Of a stretch of DNA of 64,000 bases, positions 43,237 to 52,232 are shown one piece after another. How positions within the stretch are numbered: position 1 is the first letter of the stretch; each line of letters starts with the position of its first letter. The stretch is from a candidate division FCPU426 bacterium (GTDB taxonomy: Bacteria > Oederibacteriota > Muellerivitia > Muellerivitales > Muellerivitaceae). A model generated the notes under the pieces. That model was not told where the DNA came from. It made no database searches and was given only the letters and a program-made list of their open reading frames with translations. A program made the translations under genes and the position numbers. The DNA lies in NCBI GenBank assembly GCA_963796105.1, contig CAWCKJ010000007.1, positions 134,662 to 198,661 of the forward strand, read 5' to 3'.

Positions 43237-43563
43237 TCAGATTCGGAGGATGAGGAAACTCTGCGGGGATGAATTGCCGGGGGCAAATACCAGGCTTATA
43301 CGGCTGTCCGAGAACGAAGGGGCCTTCGCCTTGGTGATACATGGAACCAAAACCACGGAATCCGGGGCCTCCCGCGCGATATGACGCAGGGTAGTATGGG
43401 GAACAGAAATTTCCTCATTCTGGTGGGAAAAAGAACCGATTTCGTCCTGCAAATTTTGGTAAGAAGAGCTGTTGTGGACGCAAACCACGACTGGCCGCAG
43501 GATGAAAGCTGGCAGTAAAACCATTATGAATAACCGGATAAGGATGTTCATTTTATTAACCAT
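43237..43563 (-). CDS. LRI-ending leader peptide 2
   Basis: 108 aa; LRPVVVCVHN, HTTLRHIAREAPD, ends PQSFLILRI*. Confidence 0.8.
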   Translation of the reverse strand: MVNKMNILIRLFIMVLLPAFILRPVVVCVHNSSSYQNLQDEIGSFSHQNEEISVPHTTLRHIAREAPDSVVLVPCITKAKAPSFSDSRISLVFAPGNSSPQSFLILRI

Positions 43564-43882
43564 GAAACCATGCCTGATTTAAGGTTGTAAATCCCATCTA
43601 TGCTATTCCTTTTTTTATTTGGAAATCAATACCACTCAAATATCGGCTTATCACAATAAATAACCAATATATTTTGGACGTCTGAAAAAGATAATTAGTT
43701 TCGTCTTTAAGGGACAGTCCAATACCACGCATTCCTTTGTTCCGTGTCTTAAATCAAAAAAACCCCCGGGCGGAGCGGGCACGGATTATTCAACTGTTTT
43801 ACCGCTTGTTCGACCCGTTGACCGCTAAAACCGATTCCACGCCCCATCTTTTCATTTACATTTATCATGCGCGTTTCTTCCT

Positions 43883-44728
43883 TTAACGGATCTCAAGTTT
43901 CACCCCATTCCGTCCGTTATTCTTAACCTCAGAAGCCAATAAATCCGCCTCATGGATGATTTGTTCCAGGGAACCCTGGGGTTCCAGGTACACGACGCAA
44001 CCGATACTGAAAGTCACGGGCCAATTTCCCGCCTGCATCCTACCGTTCAAATGCTGGCGGAATTCCTTCATCTTATTCCTGAACTCATAGATGTCGATTT
44101 TCGGCTGGAATGCCAGGAACTCATCCCCTCCCACACGGCTGGCGAGATCGGGTGAATGGAAACTGGTCTTCATGGCAGTAGCCACTGCCCGAAGGGCCCT
44201 GTCCCCTTCCAGGTGCCCCATCTTGTCGTTCACCTCCTTGAAATGGTCCATATCCAGGTACAACATGGCGATGGCGTCCCCGTGCTTCCTCGCCTGCTCC
44301 AAGCGTTTTTCAGCCAAACCGAAAAATCCCCGCAAGTTCAACAGCCCCGTATGGGGATCAGTCGCCGCCATTTTGGTTTGCCGAAACAATTCCCATTGGA
44401 ACATTTGGATGAATATCGCGAACACCGTGAAAACGAAATAGCGTATGCCTGTGTTCCAATAAAGCGCATGCAGGTCCTGGATGGGCTGGATTGCCAGGTA
44501 ATAATTCATCACCCCGCTCAAGGAGCCGCAAAAGACCGCGACAGAAAGCCCCCAGGCGTAACCGAACCACCAGGTGCATAAACCCACCGGAAGCAGGTAA
44601 AGGAAGGAAAAAACGACGTCGGTCAGGAGAAATTTCGGGAGCGCAATGAAACAAATGAGCGCGAGAATCACGAATCCCCTAAGCCAACCGCTTGAAAGAG
44701 TCCCCTGTATGTTTTTTTTGATACTCAT
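43883..44728 (-). CDS. Membrane-anchored GGDEF diguanylate cyclase
   Basis: About 4 TM segments; DPHTGLLN, DMDHFKEVND, RVGGDEF. Confidence 0.9.
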   Translation of the reverse strand: MSIKKNIQGTLSSGWLRGFVILALICFIALPKFLLTDVVFSFLYLLPVGLCTWWFGYAWGLSVAVFCGSLSGVMNYYLAIQPIQDLHALYWNTGIRYFVFTVFAIFIQMFQWELFRQTKMAATDPHTGLLNLRGFFGLAEKRLEQARKHGDAIAMLYLDMDHFKEVNDKMGHLEGDRALRAVATAMKTSFHSPDLASRVGGDEFLAFQPKIDIYEFRNKMKEFRQHLNGRMQAGNWPVTFSIGCVVYLEPQGSLEQIIHEADLLASEVKNNGRNGVKLEIR

Positions 44729-44829
44729 GTCCACCCCGTTTAAAGATTTCGACTCACAAGCACCTGCGCCGCGGGTTCGACCCCTTACGCCTCCGGGTTT
44801 TTACCGGACCAAGCTGGAGCCCCGAACAG

Positions 44830-45300
44830 TTAAAATTTCCCCAAGAGCCCCTCCAACCTGTCCATTGATTTACCCGCCTCCGCCTCCATCTCGGAACGGA
44901 ACATTTCATCCCGGTCCTCGACACTTTGGAAGACGGAAAGGTGCATCAACAGCGTCTTTCCGCCAAGTTCCTCCAGAATCAATGTTTTCAATAATACATG
45001 TCCCGGCATTCCTCCGAATTCGCAGGTATAAACCAGGCGTTTGGGCCTCTCAACTTCGTGATACACGCCGAAAAATGCACAACCCTGGCCGTCCTCATCA
45101 AGCTGGACTAATCTCCATAGGCCGCCAATTCTCAAATCCATCTTTTCAACCACCGCCGTCTTTTTCCCTGTTCCCCACCACTGGGGCAAGCTTTGGGGGT
45201 CGGTGATGACCTTGAACAGTTGATCCCGTGTTTGGTCGAACACGCGCGTGATGACGATCTCTTGTTTGCCAGCCTCGGCAATCAAGTGAGTTTTTGCCAT
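44830..45300 (-). CDS. SRPBCC/AHSA1-family protein
   Basis: QEIVITRVFD...PQWWG...DLRIGGLWR...RPKRLVYT; ATG 45300 with RBS AGGAGG. Confidence 0.9.
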   Translation of the reverse strand: MAKTHLIAEAGKQEIVITRVFDQTRDQLFKVITDPQSLPQWWGTGKKTAVVEKMDLRIGGLWRLVQLDEDGQGCAFFGVYHEVERPKRLVYTCEFGGMPGHVLLKTLILEELGGKTLLMHLSVFQSVEDRDEMFRSEMEAEAGKSMDRLEGLLGKF

Positions 45301-45397
45301 TTGAATTCCTCCTAGCACACCGCCCAAAGGCCGGGTCGGTTTTACCGCCCGGGCCTCACGGGACAGTGACGTGGAATTAAAAACATTAACCCAAGCC

Positions 45398-45928
45398 TCA
45401 CTCCTGAAGATGCTCCAACCGGCCTGCCAGTTGGTCGAAAGTCCCCTCCAAGTCCTTCTTGACTTCCCCCAACTCCGCCTCGAAGGTCTTGCGTTCATCC
45501 TCCGTTGCATGCAGGGGCTCGACCCGGTAGGTTACGGTTGTTTTCCCGTCGCGTTCCTGGAATGTCAGCGTATTCAGGATTTCCAGGGGCCAGGTTGGAA
45601 TGAGGGGATGGCGGGTGATTCCCCCGTTTTCATCCGAGAAAAAACTGACGAACAGAATCCTCTCGGGCGCGGTGATTTCCCTATAAACAGCCCGGCACCA
45701 CCAAGTAAGGGTCCGAAGGGACGGATCCTGGCCGGGGGATGGGTCTCCCCCCGTCTTCGGGGCCGGCTGGGCCCCTTTCGCCGGAAAACCTTGCGGTCCC
45801 CACCAATAGGCCAAGTGTTCCATCCCGGTCCATGTTTTGAAAACAACTTCCCGCGGGTAGTCGTAAGAGCGCCGGATGACGAGTTCCCGCTTCTGGTTGA
45901 GCGTCATAGAGATATTTTTATTCGCCAT
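45398..45928 (-). CDS. SRPBCC/AHSA1-family protein
   Basis: RELVIRRSYDYPREVVFKTWT...WWGPQG...HPLIPTWPLEILN; ATG 45928 overlaps the HPr end. Confidence 0.85.
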   Translation of the reverse strand: MANKNISMTLNQKRELVIRRSYDYPREVVFKTWTGMEHLAYWWGPQGFPAKGAQPAPKTGGDPSPGQDPSLRTLTWWCRAVYREITAPERILFVSFFSDENGGITRHPLIPTWPLEILNTLTFQERDGKTTVTYRVEPLHATEDERKTFEAELGEVKKDLEGTFDQLAGRLEHLQE

Positions 45929-46250
45929 GGGCCACCTCGGACATAGGGACGGCTGGTCCGGTAAAAATTCCCAGCCCGGAGAAATTTTCACCCGGTTCTT
46001 CTTCCAGGAATGCCCGGACTGCCATGGAAGCCTCGGCTGCGTCCTTGCCGTCGAAATAAAGCGCCAGTTCGCTTCCGGTCTGGGCCCCAAGCGTCAAAAG
46101 ATCCAACAGGCTCCGGGCATCGACCCTGATTTCGCCCTTTTGGATCTTGATCCGGCATTGGAACTCCCGGGTGATTTTGACCAGATGGGCTGCCGTTCGT
46201 AAATGAAGCCCTAATGTGCGGCGGATAGTGATTTTTTCAAATAATTTCAT
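45918..46250 (-). CDS. HPr-family phosphocarrier-like protein
   Basis: GLHLRTAA, VDARSLLDLLTLGA, GSEL...DGKDA. Confidence 0.88.
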   Translation of the reverse strand: MKLFEKITIRRTLGLHLRTAAHLVKITREFQCRIKIQKGEIRVDARSLLDLLTLGAQTGSELALYFDGKDAAEASMAVRAFLEEEPGENFSGLGIFTGPAVPMSEVAHGE

Positions 46251-46389
46251 TCTTCCCTCCTCTATTGAATGGTACTACCGGAAAATCCCAAGGGTTGGAT
46301 TCCAGTTTATTTACGGCCGGTTTGCCGTAACCTGCCCGATGGAACGGGAAGTAAACCTGGACACTTGATGAGAATTTAGGTTGTTTCAC
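46237..46389 (-). CDS. Putative 50-aa coupling ORF between leader 3 and HPr
   Basis: GTG after AAAGGAG; MKQPKFSSSVQVYFPFHRAGYGKPAVNKLESNPWDFPVVPFNRGGKNEII*; overlaps the HPr start. Confidence 0.4.
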   Translation of the reverse strand: MKQPKFSSSVQVYFPFHRAGYGKPAVNKLESNPWDFPVVPFNRGGKNEII

Positions 46390-46394
46390 GCGGA

Positions 46395-46484
46395 CTCCTT
46401 TCAGGATTTGGTTTCGCGCGCGGATGGGCGCGCGGATAACCGCCGGGCTGAAACAAGGCCCGGCTGGGGCTTACAGGAAAGGAA
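46395..46484 (-). promoter_or_regulatory. Anti-SD/SD multibranch structure after LRI leader 3
   Basis: UUCCUUUC pairs with GAAAGGAG; inner hairpins GCCGGGC/GCCCGGC and GCGCGC/GCGCGC. Confidence 0.7.
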
Positions 46485-46487
46485 TTT

Positions 46488-46814
46488 TCAGATTCTGAGG
46501 ACGAGGAAACTTTGCGGAATTGAATTTCCGGACGCGAAATTAAGGTTCAAACAGCTTTCCGAAAGCGAAGGAACCTTCATTTTGGAGAAGCTAGGAACCA
46601 AAACCGTCAAATCCGGCGCCTCGCGCGCGATGTGACGAATGGTTGTATGGGGGGCCGAAAGTTCTTGAGAATGCTGGGAATAAACCCTGACTTCATCCTG
46701 TAGATAAGGTCGGGACGCGCCGTTTTGAACGCTCACCACAACAGGACGCAATACGATGGCCGTTAATAAGGCCAGCACGGATAAGCGTAAGAGCCTGTTC
46801 ATTTTTTTATGCAT
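46488..46814 (-). CDS. LRI-ending leader peptide 3
   Basis: 108 aa paralog; HTTIRHIAREAPD, ends PQSFLVLRI*. Confidence 0.8.
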   Translation of the reverse strand: MHKKMNRLLRLSVLALLTAIVLRPVVVSVQNGASRPYLQDEVRVYSQHSQELSAPHTTIRHIAREAPDLTVLVPSFSKMKVPSLSESCLNLNFASGNSIPQSFLVLRI

Positions 46815-47014
46815 CGCGACAATCCCGAACTAATAATGATAGTGCTGTCATCTAAAGCAACTTTTTAAAGCCATATCAATATCCCTTCAAAAATCCATTA
46901 CACTCCAGTGTCCTGTTTTCTTAAGACCTCCGGTGGTGATACCAGGCACCCCGCCCAAATAAAATTATTTCTTCTCCACGGGAAATATAAACCCTTTATT
47001 AAGACACCTTGGAA

Positions 47015-47986
47015 TTATTCCCCTTTCCCCCCTGCTCTCTTTCCCATAATCCATTCCAGGTACTGTTGGTGGAAGGATTGGTTTCTCCCATCAAGCCATT
47101 GGCCGCAATATTCGCAAAGAAGGGGGTCATCCTTCATGGATACCAATTGCTTGCGGTATTGGTTCATTTTTTCGCCGAGATCCAGCCGGCGGCTCAGGTC
47201 GTAACAATTGGCGAGGGAACAAAAATCCTTCGGGTGGCCGGCTAAGTAATCCTCGAAAAACTCAAGGTCCTTCGAGGACTCGTCGTTGGTGGAATGGAGG
47301 GGATCGTAGGATTGGACCCGGTCCAGGAACACATCCTTTGCCCCAAGGAATTCATGGCCATTCCACCGGAACGGACGCCCGTAATAAACCGGGAAATCCT
47401 GGTTGACCGTTGCCCTTTGGAAATCCACCAGGATAGGCTTGCCGAATTCCTCGGCAACCCTGGGGCCCTTCCCGAAACCGAGGAGGGATGCCTTTTTTTT
47501 GAAGCGGCCGTTGTTGTCCATGCCGTAAATGTCCGCGACTTGGGTCGTGCCGGAGGAGGAATAAACCACAAGCTGGTCCCTTCCCTGGCCGGTCAAGTCC
47601 GCGCCCTCAAAACCCTTGTATTTTTTCCCATCCGCCATCTCCACTTGGATGAGCTTCCAAGCTTCCCTGTCCTTGTGGTAATAAGCGAATCCCGACCCCG
47701 CGTCCTTGACCAATTGGCGCCCGTTGTTGTAAGTCAAGCCGATGTCCAGGTAGCCGGCCAGGCCGATGATCACGTCGGTCTTCGGGATCTTCGTGAAATC
47801 ATGGTAGGCATCCCCGGAGATGTTCCAAAAAACACCCTTTTTACCGGAGTAATCCTTGTTGATACGGTCGTTGATTTCCCCCAAGCGGATCTGCCCGAAA
47901 GCAATGAGGTCGCAGGCGGTATCGTCCACCGCGTAAGCGGAAAGGGCAGGTAAAAACACGATTATCAACGCGAATATTTTTCCCAT
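47015..47986 (-). CDS. Secreted hypothetical protein, 323 aa, paralog of 40329-41300
   Basis: Signal peptide MGKIFALIIVFLPALSAYA; DLTGQGRDQLVV (FG-GAP-like) and a TPR-like C-terminus. Confidence 0.8.
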   Translation of the reverse strand: MGKIFALIIVFLPALSAYAVDDTACDLIAFGQIRLGEINDRINKDYSGKKGVFWNISGDAYHDFTKIPKTDVIIGLAGYLDIGLTYNNGRQLVKDAGSGFAYYHKDREAWKLIQVEMADGKKYKGFEGADLTGQGRDQLVVYSSSGTTQVADIYGMDNNGRFKKKASLLGFGKGPRVAEEFGKPILVDFQRATVNQDFPVYYGRPFRWNGHEFLGAKDVFLDRVQSYDPLHSTNDESSKDLEFFEDYLAGHPKDFCSLANCYDLSRRLDLGEKMNQYRKQLVSMKDDPLLCEYCGQWLDGRNQSFHQQYLEWIMGKRAGGKGE

Positions 47987-48126
47987 TTTTTTCCCCACAA
48001 CTTCACTGTAGTGATCCCCCGAGAAGCTCCGGCTGCGCCTTAGCGGTGTTTCTTGTTTCATGGCCTCATCCCTTTCAATTCCGGGTGCCGCTCCATGGCC
48101 GGGCGGCATCCACCGCCGGTCCCGGC

Positions 48127-49272
48127 CTAAGCCCCCTTCAGGGACTCCCCCTCCGAGTTAAAGTTATCCACCGAGCCGTCCCGCAGGGTCAATTGGATTT
48201 TCAAGTTCCAACCGGAACCGCTGAACCGAACTCCCTTTACTCCCGTTTCCAGGAAAACGGGTTTGAACGATTGCGAATCCTTGTCGTATAAAAATGCGTC
48301 CCCAGCCTCACCCACCAGCTTCACGAAGCGGCTGGAACCGCCGCTCTGGAAGTCAATCCCGCTGTCCTGGGATGCCCGGCCTGGGTCCTGATGATTGAAC
48401 CGGTCCGGCCCGGTCCCGCCGTTGGACGGGGGCTCCTGGTTACTGTTATCCCCCTGCGCCTGGGCGTTACCGTTGTCCGGGACATAATCGCCGTTTTCAT
48501 AGGCATATACCGTCTCGTTCACGGGATTCCGCCAGCACCAATTGCCCGAGTCCCAATAACACCAGTTGCCATAATTGGGGTCCTGCCACCACCAATTGCC
48601 GCCGTAATATTGGGCCCAGAAGAAACCCGCGCCGCAATCCCATCCCCACCAGTTCCCCCCCCATGCGTCGTAATAATTGCAATAGTTGAAGCCGTTCCAA
48701 TTGTGCCAGTAGTAATGGTTGCGCAGGTATCCCCCATTGAAGCCGCCGATCCTGCCGATCGCCTTGTTCCCGGCAAGCGCGGCCATCCGGTTTTTCACCA
48801 ATGGGGAGCCGGCCATCCTTGGTGAAACCCTCGCGGCCGTGAGAGAGCGCCCCAAGGGTCCCCTGGAGGGGACCGTTGGCCCCTGGCGGTTAAAAGCCGC
48901 GCGTGATTGGGTATTTCCGGTCCCGTTCGCCCTGTTGAATCCATTGGAACGGTTGAAATGGTTCCGTGCGCCTCCGTTCCATCCAGAACCCCTGTTCCAG
49001 GGGCTGCCGCGGAAGGACCGGTTGAAATGGCCGCCGTTTCGAAATCCGCGATAATTCGAAAAGTTTCTCCCTCCCCCGCCGTTCCACCGGCTGGTACCGC
49101 CCCAACCGCCCCTGGAACCCGATCCCCAGCCGCCGGACCTTCCACCTCCGCTCCAGCTTCCACCGCCGCTGGAACCTCCACCGCGCCCGGAACCACCGCC
49201 GCCCCTGGCGTCCAAAGCCGTTGTTCCGGTAAAGATTAGGATGACAGCCATTGCCAACATTGTCTTTTTCAT
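48127..49272 (-). CDS. Secreted Gly/Arg-rich protein with a Trp/Tyr-rich domain
   Basis: Signal peptide, RGGGGSGRGG low-complexity stretch, YYWHNWNGFNYCNYYDAWGGNWWGW domain. Confidence 0.8.
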   Translation of the reverse strand: MKKTMLAMAVILIFTGTTALDARGGGGSGRGGGSSGGGSWSGGGRSGGWGSGSRGGWGGTSRWNGGGGRNFSNYRGFRNGGHFNRSFRGSPWNRGSGWNGGARNHFNRSNGFNRANGTGNTQSRAAFNRQGPTVPSRGPLGRSLTAARVSPRMAGSPLVKNRMAALAGNKAIGRIGGFNGGYLRNHYYWHNWNGFNYCNYYDAWGGNWWGWDCGAGFFWAQYYGGNWWWQDPNYGNWCYWDSGNWCWRNPVNETVYAYENGDYVPDNGNAQAQGDNSNQEPPSNGGTGPDRFNHQDPGRASQDSGIDFQSGGSSRFVKLVGEAGDAFLYDKDSQSFKPVFLETGVKGVRFSGSGWNLKIQLTLRDGSVDNFNSEGESLKGA

Positions 49273-49415
49273 CGCAAGAACCTCCATGGACCAAAGCCGG
49301 CCATAACTTCCGGTTTTAATCCTCCCATCAGATAAGACTTTCTAATTCCGCCGATTGATTCTTACCGCCCTGGGCGCGGACCAGATAACCTTTTCCCGCT
49401 CGATTCGGTACCGGT

Positions 49416-49955
49416 TCATCGCTGGACACCGGTTTTGCCCGCCAAATATATGGCAAGCTGGTCGAAAACCCCCTCGAAAACCCTCGTCATCAAAACAGCC
49501 ATTCTTTCGAAGGTCGTCCTCTCTTCCTCCGTGGCAAAAATGGGTTCGGCCTTGAACGTGATAAATGTTTTTCCGCCTACCTCAACGAATGTCAGGGTAT
49601 TCAGGATTTCCAGGGGCCAAGTGTCAACGCGGGGATGCCTTGTGATGCCGCCTACCTCGTCCGAATAAGAGCCGGTGAAAACTATCATTTGCGGTTCGGA
49701 AACCTCCCGGAAAATGAATTTTCCCCACCAGGTCCCGGGGCTGTCGGGGGAGACCAAACCGAAATGAAAGGATCCACCCGTCTTGAATTGCATCCGCGCC
49801 TCCCGGAGGATAAACCCCCCGGGCACCCACCAAACCACCGGGTATTCAAGATTCGCCCAGGCCCTAAACACCGCTTCCCGCGGTGCGTCAAAAAGCCGTG
49901 AAAGGGCGAAGCCCCTGTTCAAATTCGCGCTGTTGTATTTGCCCTTAATTCCCAT
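49416..49955 (-). CDS. SRPBCC/AHSA1-family protein
   Basis: LSRLFDAPREAVFRAW...WW...TWWGKFIFREV...TWPLEILN; RBS AAGGAGG. Confidence 0.88.
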   Translation of the reverse strand: MGIKGKYNSANLNRGFALSRLFDAPREAVFRAWANLEYPVVWWVPGGFILREARMQFKTGGSFHFGLVSPDSPGTWWGKFIFREVSEPQMIVFTGSYSDEVGGITRHPRVDTWPLEILNTLTFVEVGGKTFITFKAEPIFATEEERTTFERMAVLMTRVFEGVFDQLAIYLAGKTGVQR

Positions 49956-49975
49956 TTTTTCCTCCTTTAAAAAAC

Positions 49976-50185
49976 TCACCCGAATACGCGTTTATCAGGT
50001 TCGAGCGCGGGGTTATTCCGCGGCTGTTCATGGTAATCACCCATAAAAATCCCCCGCCCTTCCCAATTCAAAACGAAACAATCGGCGCAATCACTTATGT
50101 GTTCCCTGATCCTCGCCTCTTGCTGGGGGGTTATTTTCCCCTCAAGGGAACTTCGGTATAAAAGCTGGATATCCGTACATTCCAT
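49976..50185 (-). CDS. Stand-alone zf-HC2/ZAS zinc-finger protein (paralog of 41594)
   Basis: MECTDIQ...IREHISDCADC. Confidence 0.72.
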   Translation of the reverse strand: MECTDIQLLYRSSLEGKITPQQEARIREHISDCADCFVLNWEGRGIFMGDYHEQPRNNPALEPDKRVFG

Positions 50186-50314
50186 CTGGACCACCTCACC
50201 TTCATTTTCCACTCCGGGGGTTGAGGAACTCATTTCCAAACCCGCCCGATAATCGGCGGAAAACCGATTCCCCGGCGGGTTCCCCGGTATTCCCCCGGGG
50301 CCCGGAAAACATCT

Positions 50315-50512
50315 TTACTTGGCCGTGGGCGTCGAATTGGACGTTTCGGCCTTTTTCGCCTTTTTCCCCTTTTTCACTTTTTTATGCCCCTTCTTATGTT
50401 TCATAGCCTTGGCTGCGTGCGTTGGTGCCGGCGTGGGCGCCTGGGCGAATGCGGGTCCCGATACCACCGCCAAGAACATCACGGTTGCCATGGATGCGAT
50501 CATCTTTCTCAT
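50315..50512 (-). CDS. Secreted Lys/His-rich small protein (Asr-like), paralog of 41909
   Basis: MRKMIASMATVMFLAVVSGPAFAQAPTPAPTHAAKAMKHKKGHKKVKKGKKAKK; same 65-aa length. Confidence 0.8.
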   Translation of the reverse strand: MRKMIASMATVMFLAVVSGPAFAQAPTPAPTHAAKAMKHKKGHKKVKKGKKAKKAETSNSTPTAK

Positions 50513-50595
50513 AACTTCCCCCTTTAAATTTAAAATGAACGGCCTGGAGGCCCCCACTTACGGTGGTCGGGCTTATCCCTGTCCCGGAAGGCCGT

Positions 50596-50823
50596 TTCCA
50601 ATTTCCCCGGCCGAAAGACCGGGTTTGGATATACCGCCCGGCTTTTGAGGGCCGGGCCGGCCCGGGGTCCAGTCGGGCCTGACAACAGGAGGACTTTTCA
50701 CAACAGGCGGCAGGGCCTCCAAAATTTATCCGCCGCCTCCAAATTCCCCGCCTTTGGCCGGGTTTGGATTAATCGCCCGGCCGTTCCAGGGCCGGGCTGG
50801 GCCCGGGTGCCTCCGGGTCCTGA
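50596..50823. repeat. GC-rich multi-hairpin element, copies 2 and 3 (about 50596-50682 and 50737-50823)
   Basis: TCCAAWTYCCC...CCGGGTTTGGAT...CGCCCGGC...GGCCGGGCYGG repeated. Confidence 0.65.
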
Positions 50824-50832
50824 AACGAGGTT

Positions 50833-51264
50833 TTAAAAATAATCCACCGGCAAAGTCGCCCTCGGCTTGGTATGGGGCGCATACTTTGGGGTAGCCATGG
50901 CCATTTTCCTCGCGTAATTCTTTTCCCCAACGGAAGCCCCTTTTTCGACCTTTATGTCCTGACGGGGGTAAATCAGATCCGGGTCCTTGATTTCATCCCG
51001 GTTGGCCTTGAAGAGGAGGGGCCACTCCAGCGAATCGCCGTAAATCCCCGGTTTCCCGGCGATCCCCCATAAACAATCGTGATTTTGGACGAAGTAATGA
51101 TCCAGGGGCTTTAATTCCGCCTTACGCATCGGGAATTCCTCGTTCGACATGGGTTTTTTCGGGATTTCCGTGCTCTCAATTCTCTTCGCGCTTCCACAAC
51201 CAATAAGCGCCAAAGCCAAAAACACGAATCCGCCTAATTGGGCGATTTTTTTGGAATTCGGCAT
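50833..51264 (-). CDS. LysM-domain lipoprotein
   Basis: Lipobox LIGC; YFVQNHDCLWGIA...IYGD...WPLLFKANRDEIKDPDLIYP. Confidence 0.85.
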   Translation of the reverse strand: MPNSKKIAQLGGFVFLALALIGCGSAKRIESTEIPKKPMSNEEFPMRKAELKPLDHYFVQNHDCLWGIAGKPGIYGDSLEWPLLFKANRDEIKDPDLIYPRQDIKVEKGASVGEKNYARKMAMATPKYAPHTKPRATLPVDYF

Positions 51265-51398
51265 AACAGTCCTCCTTTTTTGGTAGAACTCATGGAAAAA
51301 CCCGCGGGGAGTTGATTCCGCACCCGATGGACAATCTCGACTAGGATGCTGATAAATGTTGTTCAGGTTTTTTTAGTGATTTTTTCAAGGCGGAATTC

Positions 51399-51487
51399 TC
51401 CTTTCGCGGTTTATTTTCGTGCGAGTGGGTGGCGCACGAATACCCGCCGGGCCGAAACAAGGTCCGGCCGGGGACTGCTCGAAAGGA
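51399..51487 (-). promoter_or_regulatory. Anti-SD/SD multibranch structure after LRI leader 4
   Basis: UCCUUUCG pairs with CGAAAGGA; inner hairpin UUCGUGCG/CGCACGAA. Confidence 0.7.
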
Positions 51488-51491
51488 TTTT

Positions 51492-51815
51492 TTAAATTCT
51501 TAAAACGAGAAAATTCCGGGGGGATGTATTGCAAGAAACTGCTTCCAGGCTTAAACGGCTTTCCGAAAGCGAAGGGGCCTTCGCCTTGGTGATACAGTGA
51601 ACTAAAACCATGGAATCCGGGGCCTCGCGCGCGATGTGGCGGAGGGCAGTATGGGGTGTGGAAAGTTCCAGGGAATGAAGGGTAAAAGTGCTGATTTCAT
51701 GGTTGATGGGTTGAGTGGCGCCGTTATGGACGCAAACAACCACAGGCCGCAGGATTAAAGCTGGTAATAGGGCCAGCAGGGATATTCGGAAAAGTTTTTT
51801 AAACTTCTTGCCCAT
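51492..51815 (-). CDS. LRI-ending leader peptide 4
   Basis: Start at MGKKFKKLFR by paralog alignment (107 aa); HTALRHIAREAPD, ends PRNFLVLRI*. Confidence 0.8.
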   Translation of the reverse strand: MGKKFKKLFRISLLALLPALILRPVVVCVHNGATQPINHEISTFTLHSLELSTPHTALRHIAREAPDSMVLVHCITKAKAPSLSESRLSLEAVSCNTSPRNFLVLRI

Positions 51816-52232
51816 TTTCCCGCTTCCTAACGGTAATAAAATGAAACTCTGTATTTTCGACGTTTGGATATGCCAAAAGGTTTCATGTCCCAAAAGTTTC
51901 CGATATTATCTGGAAATTTCATGTTAAACGCTTTTCCCCTTTTTATTACGGGATAAACAGGTCCAACAGGAAAATATTCCACTCCATTTTAGAGGTTAGA
52001 AATAGGTGTTTTGATCGTTTCTCCGCGCGTAAATATCAATCGATTCCTGGGGCCATTCACATCGAAACATCTAAAAACCTTTAAAGGGTTCATTTAAAAC
52101 CCGGGAACTCCCATAAGTAAATAAATCCTGTCGCAAGCCTTGAGAAAAAAAACCTGGCCATCTTAAATTAAGTCGGATTTCATTCCGGGGTTGAATAGTT
52201 TATTTTTTCCCAGGAAGTAAATCCCAAGGAGG

